Assembly: GCA_028534125.1 (NCBI GenBank)
Contig: CM052819.1
Location: forward strand, 105,958,001-106,022,000
Direction: 5' to 3'
Source: Lama glama
Lineage: Eukaryota
DNA length: 64,000 bases
Positions 35,939-48,599 of this stretch are shown here, piece after piece. Positions within the stretch are counted from its first letter, which is position 1. Each line of letters opens with the position of its first letter. A model generated the notes under the pieces. The model worked only from the letters and a program-made list of their open reading frames with translations. It did no database searches and was not told the origin of the DNA. Both the position numbers and the translations under genes were made by a program.

Positions 35939-37612
35939 AAAGCCTTGACTGGAAACTGGTTAGTGATTAAGGCACTCAGACGTTACGGTCCCCCTGAGGC
36001 TATAGCACGTGGCTTCTCCCAGCACACCTGAGTTGGAGCACACGGCCGAGACGCCACTGCCCGGGCCAGGGGCTCCGTCCTACTTCCCGACTCACGGCCC
36101 TGCTCTCAGCCCAGCCGCCAAGGGCCAAGGAAGAGCAATTTTCCAGAAACTACCATGCTAATATCGAGCTCAGTGGAGTCTACCACAAATTTTTTTATAA
36201 ACAAAGAGTATAAAGTAAAAATCTGCAGGCTGCTATAAAACACGCAGCCACGTTTCACACTCTAAGTCGCTATCAGATGCCTGAGAAGGCAGAGAAGCAG
36301 ACTGAAGAGTTTGCTAAGGTTGTTTCTCAGTTGGTGAAGGCCTGAGGGCAGAACCGTTCATTGAGACGCAGAGCTGCATCGTGGACAGCCGGCCGCCCAG
36401 CTGTCTGTTGACGCTCTTACCGCGGTGGCCGTGTAGGCTCATCGGACTCTAACTTGTGACCCGGAGTGAAGGGCGGACACCAGCCTCCCACCTTCCAAAG
36501 CTCAGGGTTTCTCTAAGTCAAAGCAGTTGGGCAACTGGGACTATTTTCAGGTCTCTTTCAACAAAGGCGGCTCACGGTGACCTCACGGCCTGCTGTCCCC
36601 ACCAGGGCACTCGGACTACTGACTCAAGTCTCGCACCTTGACCTGGAGGAGGTGGAACCACTGCATGCAGCACCCAGGCATCGGACAGGCCCCGAGCCCT
36701 CTCAAGAAGCTGCCTCTGAAGGGGCTTCTCGAATGTGCCCGAGACAAGGGGCGAGGCTGGGAGCTGGGTCGTCTGACAAGCGGGACAGGTGCCGGCACCC
36801 CCTGTGCTGCGTGGGGACCGTCCCACCGCCCGGCACACGCCGCCCCCAGGGCACAGAGCCCAGAGGAGAAGGTGGCCAGCGCGCGGCCCCTTCCTCCCAA
36901 GGCGGACCTGCGGTCACCCACCATCCCTAAGTGACCGTGGCAGGCAGGCAGGGCGGGCCCAAGACTCAGGGAGCACTTGTAAGGGCGCGGGACTGCCCTG
37001 CTGTCAGTGGGGCCGGAGCTATGATTCCCGAGAACCGCCCTCGGAGAGGCTGTTTCACACTTGATGTTCCAGGAAAGATACAAATTAAAAAGCCATCCCG
37101 TATGTGGTCCGAACTTTGCTAGTAAAGTTTTCTGATGGAATCTTTTAGGTGGGACAATAAAATCCAACAATTACTCAAAAAAGAAATTTCAATGCTACTT
37201 GGTGTGGCCGCGGCCAAGCAGCGTCAGGCTGTGTCCTGGGACCCGGGTCCATGGAAAGCCGTCTGTGGTTCTGGGGAAACAAGGGTCCCACGAGGACATG
37301 GACACGCTCTCCCTCCTGCTGAGCTGCATGCGGGGCGGGGGACGGAGGGGAGGGGTCTGCACGCAGCTTGCAGACCAGACGGGTTACAGGGCTGGATGGA
37401 ATGTGCAGGCTTCCTCCTCAAGTCAACAACCAAACAACAAAGAAAACCGTGACAGGCTTCCTGTCTCAGGGACTAAGCAGAGAAACAAGAGAAAAGGGAC
37501 AGAAGCTCACAGGCCTGTGCCGGGAGCGCGGCTTCTGACGGCCCCTCAGCCAGGGGCCAGGGCGGCAGCCCCGGGAGAGGCGCCGAGGCCACTGGACGCG
37601 CAGGGACTGCGT

Positions 37613-37659
37613 CTAGTTGTTCTCGAATCTCGCGTACGGGTTTTCTTCTTTAAACAAAC
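37613..37659 (-). CDS. PTTG1IP: PTTG1IP coding exon 6 ((G)LFKEENPYARFENN*)
   Basis: gtttccag|GT TTG...AAC TAG; keeps the YARF YxxPhi endocytosis motif. Confidence 0.96.
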
Positions 37660-39319
37660 CTGGAAACAGAACAGGCCTGATTACAAAGGCACGGAGGCAG
37701 CAGGACACACAAGTCAGAGCAACACGTAAAGTTTATCTGAAGTGTCACGGAGATCAAAAGCAGGACTTCGCAGGTTCAAGTGCTACCTTAACCTTTTTGA
37801 AAGTCAAACCACAGGTGACTTTAAAACTGAAGTGAAATTTACTGGAAACAAAAACTTCTAAGAAAAATAGATCATTAAGAAACAGAGCCTTGTTTGCCGA
37901 TTCTCTCAAAGAGAAATTAAGAAATTTAAAGCCACTATCTTTTCCCTCAGTGGTTGGCTCATGCAGAAAAAAAAAAACAGAACAAAATCGCTTCAATTTA
38001 AATATGCTTAAAAATGCTCACTAAGTTTCAGAAGTAAGGTCACAAAAACAAGGTGCCATCGACTTAAGTGTGAAGGTGCTAAACACGGAGAAACCAGGAG
38101 TTTTCTCTTAATTATGGACACACACTCTCTTCGTCTCTTTAAAAATCTGTACCATGAACCCAGCACATCAGGAGCAACAAACCTACTTACCATGGGTTTT
38201 TTGGGGGGGGGGATGGGGAAAAGGTAGGTGCAAAGGGGACGGTGCCCACCAGTCAGAGGAAGAGGGCGGGCCTCAGCCCAGGGGGAGGCACACTGTGGGT
38301 TCTGGGCAAAGAACTACCACTGCCAAGTATCAAATGCAAGCTGTCCTGTTAAGATCCTGCCACGGGGGGTGGGGGGACCTAGCTCCTGGCTCGACTTCTG
38401 GTTTAGAGGGAAAAAGAGACATAAACTGCTCCGTGACTAGGAAACCAAATGCCTTCTAAAGACCAGGAGAGGGTTCCATCTGCGCTGTGCTCCGTGTGTT
38501 ACACAAACCAGGTGCCCTCACGTGCCCTCCTACCCCCCCCAGAACTCCGGGCTCCCCACAGTCCAGACCATTCGATGGGCACAAGTTAATCCCATCAGTG
38601 CAATCAGAGGCCAAACTGACCATCTTCACGACAGGGATAAAGCCATTCGGCAATGGTTACAGAAAGGCCTTCTCCCTGGCCAGGCCTCGTCAGGCAAAGG
38701 CCTAGGGCGGCACCGTGCTGTGCTTGGCAGGGAAAAACACTCTGTTCTGTGTTCAAGTGTGTGTGTGCACACACACAAGCACACATTCACCTCGCCTTTT
38801 ATTTATGTTAATGTTAATCAGATGCCAAAAGCTCCTTTCTGTGATTTCAATTTCATGGGAAACCAAGCGCCGGGGAGCAGAACACGCCAAAAATCAGTAC
38901 AGAACCAACTAAACACTGAGAAAACACTCCCTCTCCCCAAAGAAACAACAAAACAAAACCGGGACTAGCTCCCGGAAACCGAGGCAGCGCGGACTCAGGG
39001 TGGCTGCCCTTCAAGAAAGGGCCGCAACCATGGCGGGTGGAAGTCAGGTGCTAGCGGGCCGCCGTGAACCCCAACACTTCAGGAGCAGACGAGGGCCAGG
39101 AAGGCTGGTTTAGGGAGAGATGCTCGAAGGTTCCATCTCACAAGACGCCCGGTGGACCGTGGCGCCACTTGGGACAAAAGGCAGCTACTTCTCCTGGTGG
39201 GGACCTTCTGTTTCCAGGGCCGGGTCTGCAGCCCACACCCCACAGCAGACCCCATGGACATTTAAAACGGCCTAGGTGGCCAGACCCCACTTCCTGCCGG
39301 CTGAGATGGAGAGTCTTAC

Positions 39320-39366
39320 CATATTTCCTTCTGATTTCATCATGTCTTGACTTCATCTCTGCTCTC
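39320..39366 (-). CDS. PTTG1IP: PTTG1IP coding exon 5 ((R)RAEMKSRHDEIRRKY(G))
   Basis: 47 nt; poly-T tract then tag| acceptor; donor TATG|gtaaga. Confidence 0.96.
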
Positions 39367-40249
39367 CTAAAAAAAAAAAAAAGAAATCTCATCCAGCATC
39401 AAAACACAGTGTAATGTGAACAGCCGTGCCCCTCACTCCCTTTGGCATTGGCTGTGGGCTCGCTTGGTAAGACAGGGACGGCTCGGCCATGGCCACCCTC
39501 CCACGGGGACGAGCAGACTCTGGAGGCTGCTCCAGGGTCACCTCCTTCGAGTCTTCATTTCAATAAAAGCAATGCAAACACCCTGTACTGAGATTTGTAA
39601 ATTTTTTTTTCATGTAAAGAAAACAAACCAATCAGCAAAAACCTCATGCCTGGTTTGGAAGACGGGGGCAGGTGGCTGTCAGTGACAGCGTGGACACCTC
39701 TCCGGCCCCAGCCCTCGCCAGCGGCGTGAGGTCAGCACCTCCCCCCGCTGTAGCCCGGCCCCTCCTCAAGCAGGGTGATCCCCGCCTCCCCTGCCACCAA
39801 GGGCAGTCCTGGGGCCGCACTGCACACCCAGCGCCCCCTGCACACCCCCACCCAAGCGCCCCATGACCAGGAACGTGTCTGTCAGAGCACTGGCAACACG
39901 AGAGGCCCAACTCCAGGGTCCCCGTCCCCAGAGATCTCAGGCAGGCAGGGGACCTCGGTCCAAAGCTTTCCTCCACCTCGGGGCCCCCGCTCACACAGCG
40001 CTGGATGGGCCGTCAGAGCCTTGCCACTTGCTTCAGTAGACCCCGCAGCCACTAGCCGTCAATGGCAACATCCTGCCAGCCCCCAAACACCGGGGGGTGG
40101 CCACCGGCCAGGCCCCCCGCACCCGGTTCCCCATCCTTCAGGCCACAACCAAGAAAACCCCACAGACACTCAACATGCCTGCATGTCGCACGTGAGGAAA
40201 CCTGGGGCACAGAAGCGTCACTCCCCACGCCTCCCCAACGCCACCTCAC

Positions 40250-40424
40250 CTCTCCTCCTGCCGGACCCGCCTTTCCTCTCGCTCCCGCATGGCCTTCTCC
40301 TCGCTCTTGTCGGGCCCCCGGCTCCTCTTCCTCCTGCAGCAGCAGCAGCAGCAGCAGACGGCGACGCCCAGGAGGATGGTCCCCCCAATCACCGACATGG
40401 TGACGATCAGGGCCTCGAAGTTCA
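40250..40424 (-). CDS. PTTG1IP: PTTG1IP coding exon 4 (TM helix, Cys7 run, basic NLS-like region)
   Basis: 175 nt: (V)NFEALIVTMSVIGGTILLGVAVCCCCCCCRRKRSRGPDKSEEKAMREREERRVRQEE(R); ctgcag| acceptor and AG|gtgagg donor. Confidence 0.96.
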
Positions 40425-42212
40425 CTGCAGGGGCAAACGCGAGAGTGAGTGCAGGGACCCGCCCGGCAACGCCCCTCCTGGGGGGGCCTCCAGAGCAAGG
40501 GGCAAGGCAGCGGCAGCGGGACCGCCGCCTCCTCCGTCTCTTGCCACCTGCCCACTAACCAGGAAGGGCTGAAGCAGCAGGCAGCTATTCCCACCACCTG
40601 CCACTGAAAGGCCGTTTCAAGCCCGAGAAGTCAGCTAAACCAGAGAAAGAGAACGCCCAGGTGTGTGCTGAGACTCTCGCGCTAAACTCAGTCGCGTGGA
40701 AGGTGTGGAACGGGAAGTCAAGCCTGATGCGGCTTCTGCGGTCGTCAGCGTCAGGGCCGACGGTCACATCTGCAGCCAACAGCCAACGGAACCAGCTCTG
40801 ACAGTGGCGCCAGAGCACGAGCCGGAGTCACAGGCCGGCCAGGGGACGCCAGGGGCCTAGAAAGGGCTCATGGCCCTCAGGTGACTTTAGGGTTTCCTGC
40901 AGAGACCACACACGTTTACAGGTTTCAGGTCTTCCCAACTTCTCTCGGGATTCACAAATTAAAACCAGCCAGTCAGTACTTTTCCATCCTGTCCAGCCAG
41001 AGCTGATCAGAGGCTGGGAGGCTCTGGAGGGAGCCCGCCCAGGACACGCTGTGACAGGAGCAGCATGGCCCATAGCAGCGCCACTCTCCCCTGGAACCAA
41101 ACTTACAAATTATGCTACCACATGGAGCTGATTACCTCGGATCCCACTGGCTTCCTGGTTCGGGGCGGGCTGGGGCGGGGTCTGCAAGGTGAGAGCTTCT
41201 CCTCGGGGAGGAGCGCAGATCCCATGTGCCCCGGTGCCCCCTCCCCAGACCCACCTCAGGCCACCAGCGTGAAGGCACCCACCCTCAGGAACAGAGGTTA
41301 CATCTGATCAAACACCTGCTGAGCTTTTAATCACGTGCTTTTCCTCCTCTGGCCTGTTCTGGACATGCAAAAACCGCCGGGAACAGCAGTGTCAGGAGGC
41401 CCCACCAGCAGAGGTGCAGCTGCAATGGAGCTCCAGAGCCGCCAAGTCTAAAAGCTGGTAAGATCGACCCGAGGGACAGCGGGCTCAAAACACACCTACC
41501 CCTAGCAGCTTTTCTAATTAGCAGCTGAGTCCAGCTATGTCAGCAAAACCAAAATCGCATCAGGAAGGGAAACAAAATCCGGGCCCCCTTCCCTGTGGGC
41601 CCTGCACCAGAGGGCCGGGACACCCACCACGGGACGCACAGGACCTGACGGAGAGACACGCTGCTCCTGGACCAGGGTGCAAATGTGAAGGTTTCATTTT
41701 TCTCCAAATGAACATATATCCTTAAGATAACTATGATCAAAACCCCAAAACAACTTTGCCGAGAACTGGGTAAGATGACTGCACGATTATCTGCAAGACT
41801 GACAAACCCCTACAGCACAGGCGTGAGTCAGGGTGAGGCGCTGCCGTGACAGCACCACGTGGGCCAGGAAGGTCCCCAGGGGCCCAGCCCCAGTTCCCCA
41901 CTGTTCAGCCCCCAGGGCAAGGTCCCCTCAACCGCCTCCTCATCCCGGGGACCAGGAGCAGCTCCTGCTCAGAAACAGCCCGTTTCAGGTCCCTGCCAGC
42001 CGAGGAACGAGCCAAACAAGTCAACTGCATCTTCTCTCAGGAACAGGGGGCACCGCAACCCCAAGTCACTACCAAGCCTGCCTCCCAGCGCCCCTGCCTC
42101 CTGCCCTTCGTGAGCCTGTGTGGCGTGCGGTGCACTGTTAGGTTAACTGAGCACAACCAGAACTTTCATGGCAGTGCTGATTTTGTGAGAAGCAATGAAA
42201 ACATGGACTCAC

Positions 42213-42321
42213 CCCAGCAGACGCCCCAGCGTGCAGAGCTCAGCTGGCAGAGAGAACCGGGGGGCAGGATTTTTGCCACCGGGTAGTCCAAGCACGCCTT
42301 GTTAGTGTTGCACCAGAGACA
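42213..42321 (-). CDS. PTTG1IP: PTTG1IP coding exon 3 (CLWCNTNKACLDYPVAKILPPGSLCQLSSARWGVCW, PSI domain)
   Basis: 109 nt; cttccag| acceptor and G|gtgagt donor. Confidence 0.96.
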
Positions 42322-42597
42322 CTGGAAGAGAAGGTCAGGCTCGCAGTGTGACCACTGAAGGCAGATGGCCGGCCTCCGACCCCCAGTCCCGCCACACTGC
42401 CTGCTCCCTCTTTGGCCCCCACCCCAACGAAGCGGCTCCACCCCTCCTGCCCACCCAGGCCTCTTTCAGGAGACAACTTAAGATGCCTAAGAAAAGCTAT
42501 TAATAACCATCACTTAAAAGATCCCTGCAAGCATGCAGCCCCTGGAGCAAGGGACGCGGTCTGCTCCCGGGTCACGTGCTGACCGCGCGTGACTTAC

Positions 42598-42650
42598 AGA
42601 GACGTTTTTCAGGCACTCTTCACAGGTCCTGTTTGTGCTCTGAGAACAAG
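42598..42650 (-). CDS. PTTG1IP: PTTG1IP coding exon 2 ((A)CSQSTNRTCEECLKNVS)
   Basis: 53 nt; ccctgcag| acceptor and TCT|gtaagt donor; sequons NRT and NVS. Confidence 0.96.
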
Positions 42651-45600
42651 CTGCAGGGAAAGAACAGACATCGCTGAGAATCCTGGGGCGGCAACCCCGG
42701 GGAGGGCGCTGGGCGGCACCCTCGTGCGCCAAGCCCTCGGGGCACATGAGCAGTGGCTGCCAAGCCCCTGTAGGTGGCCCCGGCGGACAAGCAGGCCGCG
42801 CACACGTGCCCTGACCAGTGGGGTCTCCCGGGCAGGAGGGAGGCACCACACAGCAAGGCAGGCCATCCCCCCGCAGAGCCCTTACAGCAGACCCCTGTCT
42901 GCAGACGCCCCCCCTGGCTCAGGAGCACACTGTCTGGAACCAAAGGCCACAGCAGTGCCAGGTCGGACCCCAGCAGGCCTCGGAACCCTGGCCCACGCCC
43001 CCAGACACCAGGCAGAAGGCGGTTCCAATTGCGCAGAGCACACCCCTCCCGGAGAAGCAGGGGTGGGGGCTCCAAGCACCCTTCACAGCACGGCTGCCGC
43101 GGGCAGGGTCAGACCCCAGGCAGGTAACAGCTCTGGAGCTCCGCTGACCAGCAGTGAGGAGCTAGTGCAGGAATGACTTCCAGGACACCAGCGACAGCAG
43201 CTGTTCACCCACACCACCCCCAAAACACACGCTCGCGGAAGAGACCAGTGCAGACAGCACCAGAGTCACAACCAGGCACCGACGCACACCTGCCAGGAAG
43301 ACTGACGACGCCAAGCGCTGGCGCGGACGGGGCCTCAGATGCGCGGCCGGAGAGCAGCGCAGCCCAGGCACTTGCACACACACACGCTGCCCCCGGACTC
43401 GGCAACTCCACCCTGGGCCGTGGACAGAAACCAGAACACACGCCCGGGGAGGTGGCAGCAGCCTGGCACACAGCAACAGCCAAGACCTGAAAACAGCCTA
43501 GAAGTCTGGACGCCCCGCTCGGCCGTGGTCCACGTGGTCCTGGGCACTGCCGGGCTCCCTGCCAGGGCCCTTGGGCTCCTCCTGCCTGGCGCCCCCCACA
43601 ACATGCTGCGCCTGGCGGGGCAAGAGGACAGGGGAGGTCATCGGAGGACGGACAGAGAAACTGGTACAGTCCCCCAACGGGACACTCTCCAGCCCTAAAA
43701 AGAAGCGCGCTGTCCACATAAAACACGGATGGAGCTTACAGACGGGCAGACCCAGAAGCCTCACACAAAGCCCACGGCGCACAGCCCCGCTGTTCAGGAG
43801 CAGGCGGAGCCACCTGCAGTGGATGGACTGGAGAGCCTCGAGAGGTTGTGAGGCTCGAGAGAGGCCAGCGTCACAGGGGTCACTCACCCGAAGGCACACG
43901 TGAGATCCCTGCATTCTATCAGACTGATCTCAAAGGAAAAACGGGCACGCGCTGAGCTCATTAACGACGCGTGCAGGGAGGTGCGGGGGTAGCGCAGATG
44001 TCCGCAACTTCAAAATGCACCAACCGGAGGAGTCGGACACCCGGACGGACGACGTACAGCAGAACGAGAAAAAACCAGCGGTGGGCGTGTGAGTGTTCAC
44101 TGTCCAGTTCTGTCCACTCTCCTGTGCTTTTGAAGATTTTCATTAAGTAACTGTAGGGGAAAAGAGCTTTCACTTCAAGTGACAATTTTATTCATCATGT
44201 TTACTAAGTGAGACTAAAACAGTGAACTTACTTTGAAATAGTTGAGGAGTGTTTCTATTCAATGGTGTAGTTCTTCTATATTCCATTTTAAAAAAATAAA
44301 ATCCTACTTCACTCAAAGTGAAACGCCAGCCCATCCGTCACAACATACCACCCTACAGCGGCTGTTGTCAGACAGTCCTCTTTTCAGAGCGTCTAGTGGC
44401 GTGCTGCTAGTTTGGGCTGAAGCTTATTTTAAACTTTTTAAGTACTCAAAACAACAGATTTTGTTCAGCCCCAGGAAGGTAAAGAAAATTAACACCCCTG
44501 AAACACCTCTCACTCCTCAAAGCACTGCTGGGAGAGGGGCAGGGTCACCGCTGACGTCCCCGGGGCCTGACCTGGGCGAAGGAGAAGCAGCCCCGTGGTG
44601 CTGCAGCGAGGACGACATCACTGAAAGGCCGATTCCTAGTTCTGCCCACTAAGCGCCAAGAAAGGACAACACCCGAAGCAGAGGGCCAGGCGTGCTGCCC
44701 AGGTCTTGGCTTCGAGACATAATTTCCCACTAAAAGGAAGCAGGCTCCTTGCAGAGAAACAGCTGATTCCAGACCTGGGGCCGAGAAGGGACAAGCTCAG
44801 CCTGGGACAGCTCGCTGTGCCGGGAAGTGGAGCAGACTCACAGGCAAATGGCAAAGGACCCAGAAGCAGCTTGGAGGGTCCTCCCTGCCAAACCGGCACA
44901 ATTTAACCACCCAGGTGCATGACAGTCATGGACTTGACCTCCTGAATGCCCCAAGGTTTCACACTGACACAAAATAAATGCAGAGAAGGACCACGAGCAG
45001 AGTCTCCACCGCAGTAAACACGGACGCTAAGACCGCAGGGCCCGCCGGTCTCAGAGCGCCCCTCCTGGTTTGTTTATACTTGGGAAGGGAGATCAGTACT
45101 TGAAAAGTTATCGAGAGCATCCCCACGACCACCTGCGGCCACATGACAAGAGGACAAGTGACAGCAGGTGCCGCCAGAGGGTGTGGGGAGGACAGTCGCA
45201 AGGGGCTGAATCCTCCCTAAATGTATCTGAGTCGTATCAGAAGAAACCCGCCAAGACCATAAAGCGGCCCTCAGAGAAGCGGCCAGGCCAGTGAGCGCAG
45301 GCTGAGAGACATGGAGACGGAAGGCGGCCCGCGAGCTGGGCCCAGCGGACGCTGCTGGGATAATGTCAATCGCAGGTTCAAGTCTTGTGCTGGGGCGCCG
45401 CCCAGACCGTGCTGGCACGTGCGGGTTCTGGGGAGAAGCGCCCTTGTTCTCAGAGATGCTCCCTGACAAGTCGAGGGTAAGCAGCCACAGCACAACTGCC
45501 TGCAAAGGGTTTGGTTAAAACGGCACCAGCAGATACACACAGGTGGTGGCAGAGGCTGCAGGAACAGGAAAGGACTCAGGCCTTCGCTGCGCTATTTACT

Positions 45601-46216
45601 CCTTCAGCGTTTTCTGCAGCTTTGACCCGCTTCTCAGTAAACAGCGCTCAGGGGAGGCACAGCGGGAAACAGCCCTGGCTCCGGTCCTTCCTACGAACTG
45701 CAAGGGCGGCCGCGGGGGCGGGAGGAGGCAAGCGGCACAGGGATGTCCAGGTCCCCGTTACCGCTGGCCCTACACGAGCTAAAGACACACACCACCACCC
45801 TGTTCCCCCCGGCCAGTGTGAGTCAACAGAGGCCGGGAGGGAGGCTCTCCACGCAGGAGCGCCAGTCTTCAAGGGCCCTCCCCAAGGAAGCTCAGCGCCC
45901 CAGAAGGCTGTTCCTTACTCGCCTCTGGAAACACCCACGGGGTCTTGCGCAGAAAGGAAAATGCATTGACCATCTGCTATCCTGTTCAGAGACAGGAGGT
46001 CAAAGGTCACTCTCTGCATCTCATCTCATCCCGGGAATCAGAAACCTTGCGCTGAAAGCCCGCAGCCAGCGAACTCCGGCCGCGTTTCCAAGGTCTAATG
46101 CCGAATGTCATCGTCCTGACTTCCGAAGGCCTGCGGCTGAGAATCAACTTAGACCCTCCTTATCAGTGACCAGGGAACATTGAGCTTCATGCTCTTGGGA
46201 AACCAAAATAAAAAGG

Positions 46217-46366
46217 AGGAGGAGGGTACAACTCAGTGGTAGAGTGCGTGCTTAGCGTGCACGAGGTCCTGGGTTCAATCCCCAGTACCTCCCATAAAGG
46301 TAAATAAACCTAATTACTTCCCCCCAACAAAAAAATAAACAAACAAACTTTTAAAAGATAAAATTT
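46217..46366 (+). mobile_element. Camelid tRNA-derived SINE, full length
   Basis: GGAGGGTACAACTCAGTGGTAGAGTGCGTGCTTAGCGTGCACGAGGTCCTGGGTTCAATCCCCAGTACCTCC (A and B boxes) plus an A-rich tail. Confidence 0.85.
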
Positions 46367-47100
46367 AAAAGAAAAGGTTCTGCTACGACACAACAATCCA
46401 TGCCGCATTCGAGTTTCAGGTGAGGCGACTGCTGCAGTACCAAGGGCACACGTCAGCACGTGTGAAGACGTACGTTTTCATAAACAAGGAAATGAGAAAG
46501 TACATATTTACTGTGGGCACAGCAGGCCACAGGGCTGCATTCAGCCCCACCCTGGGCAGTGGAAAAGCCCCGGAATCTGCACGGTGGCCACACCGCATTG
46601 TGACAGGGCACAGAGCGTGCCTGCACTGTCAGTATCACACGAGAAACAGGGCAAAAAGTTCGTTTAAACAAAGAAGTTTTGGCCGTGCTACCACCTCTGC
46701 AGAGGAGTGAAGGGCACAACACAGGTCAAGACGCGGACAGATGGCGCCCACATCCAGCCCCTCCAAATCCATGCCCTGTGGCGAGGAGCCCCCGCCCCGC
46801 CCCCTGCGCTGGCCGCCACCCAGCTCCTCTAGACCCTCCATTTACTACAACAGGTTGAGGCCATTTCAAGGGTGGCCTTCCCTCAGGATATAAAGATGAG
46901 ACTCTGGGATGGAGTCTGACCCCACACACAATTAAAGCAGGTCCAAAGCCCAGGAAGCTCTCTTTAATTCAATGAACTTCCCCCTGAAGATCTCACATAC
47001 CTTGTGGGGGCCTGATGCCTCCCCTCCCAAGCACACGTTAGAGAAGACATCAGAGATGGCTGGTTCGGGATCAGTGTGATGGTGTTTGAATTCACACACC

Positions 47101-47577
47101 TGTGAGGGTTAATTTTATGTGTCAACTTGATTGGGCTAAGGGATGCCCAGAGGGCTGGTACCACACTGTTTCTGGGTGTGTCTGGGAGGGTGTTTCTGTC
47201 GAGCATTTGAGTTGGTGGACGGGTGAAAGCAGAGGGTCCTGTCCAAGGCGGGGGGCGGGGGGCATCACCTAAATCGCTGAGGGCCTGAACAGAACAAAAA
47301 GGCATGGAAGCGCGAATGTGCTTTTTGTTGGAGCTGGGACACCCCTCTTCCCCTGGCCTTGGACCTGCGGGCTTGGACTGGGACGTACCCAGTGGCTCAG
47401 GCCTTGAGACTCGGGCTGGAACTACACACCAGCCTCCCTGGGTCTCCAGCTGCAGACAGCAGATCACAGGACTCCTCAGCCTCACGATCACACTAGCCAA
47501 CCCCTCATAATAACGCTGTCTCCATGGCTACATATATTCTGTAGGTTCTGTTTCGCTAAGGTGGCCAGGCTAATACA
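47101..47577 (+). mobile_element. MLT2-type ERVL solo LTR
   Basis: Starts TGTGAGGGTTAATTTTATGTGTCAACTTGA and ends CTAATACA. Confidence 0.8.
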
Positions 47578-48599
47578 CACAGCATCCTTGCAAGGAAGAC
47601 AAAAATGTCTTAAAGAGTGCAGTCACATTCCTATGGTATGTCAAGCAGTAAAAATCTCACACCAAGCCCTCGCTACATGGGAAGGGGGGATCTCAGTGCT
47701 CAGTGTGGCTAGAAAAGGAGCTGCTTTTCTCCTGTAACACTAGAATGATAGTCTGGTTTAACTCCCAAACGGCCACAGGATGCAGTTACTCATCTCCCGG
47801 GGCATCTGCCTGCAGCTGGCACCCAGGGCAGTGTGAAAGGCAGAGCAAACACACCCTGACATCGCGGTGTGCACACCGTCGGCCGCCAAGGAGTTTCTTG
47901 TGCGATCACGACTCCTGGCTCCTGTGCACTCTGTTGGGTAAAAAGTACTGATTCCACATTTGTGCTGAAAACTCAATCTGGACCAAAGTTCCCTCTACCG
48001 TGAAACTCGACTGCTGCATTAACATACAGCGTCACAAGTGTATACACAAGTCTGTTAGGAAGCGGACGAGAAGAAACTCAAGCAGTCTTGCACTGGAATA
48101 AACACCCCGTAAGGTCACAGAGGAAAGGTGCTTTGCTGTGCTAAACAGAAGTGAACAGAGCCCGGGCTGACGCGAGTTGGCCGGCTGGGCCCCAGCGTGT
48201 GAGGAGGCCTGCCTGTGGCTAGGCCAGCCTGGGGCTCTGTTCCTCACCCACAGCGATCACAAGGAACGCCACACACAGCAGCCAGCATGACGCTCCCAGA
48301 TTAAACCCGAGATTCCACCCCGCCTCCAGCAGTACCTGTTACTGGAATTCCTTGGCCCTTAGGTCATCTGCTCCCCCTCACCTGCCTCCCAGCACTCTAA
48401 CTGCTGTTTCCTGGTCAGGCTCAAGAACGCAGCGCCTGGACAGGACCCCTGCCTGCAGTCGCCACCGTGGGCCCGGCACCTGGCACAGGTGGTTACCAAG
48501 AACAGGTGGGATAAACCAAGGAAGGCTGCCATCTGCCCATGCACCGAAGGTCTGGAGAGTGTAGGAGCAGAGTAAGTCCAAGCGCTGGCCGCTGTCCCT

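Noticed and set aside
46221-46292. tRNA-like sequences with A and B boxes (also at 55453, 19490 and 28660)
   Set aside because: They are SINE heads with A-rich tails and lack an intact acceptor stem, so they are not tRNA genes.
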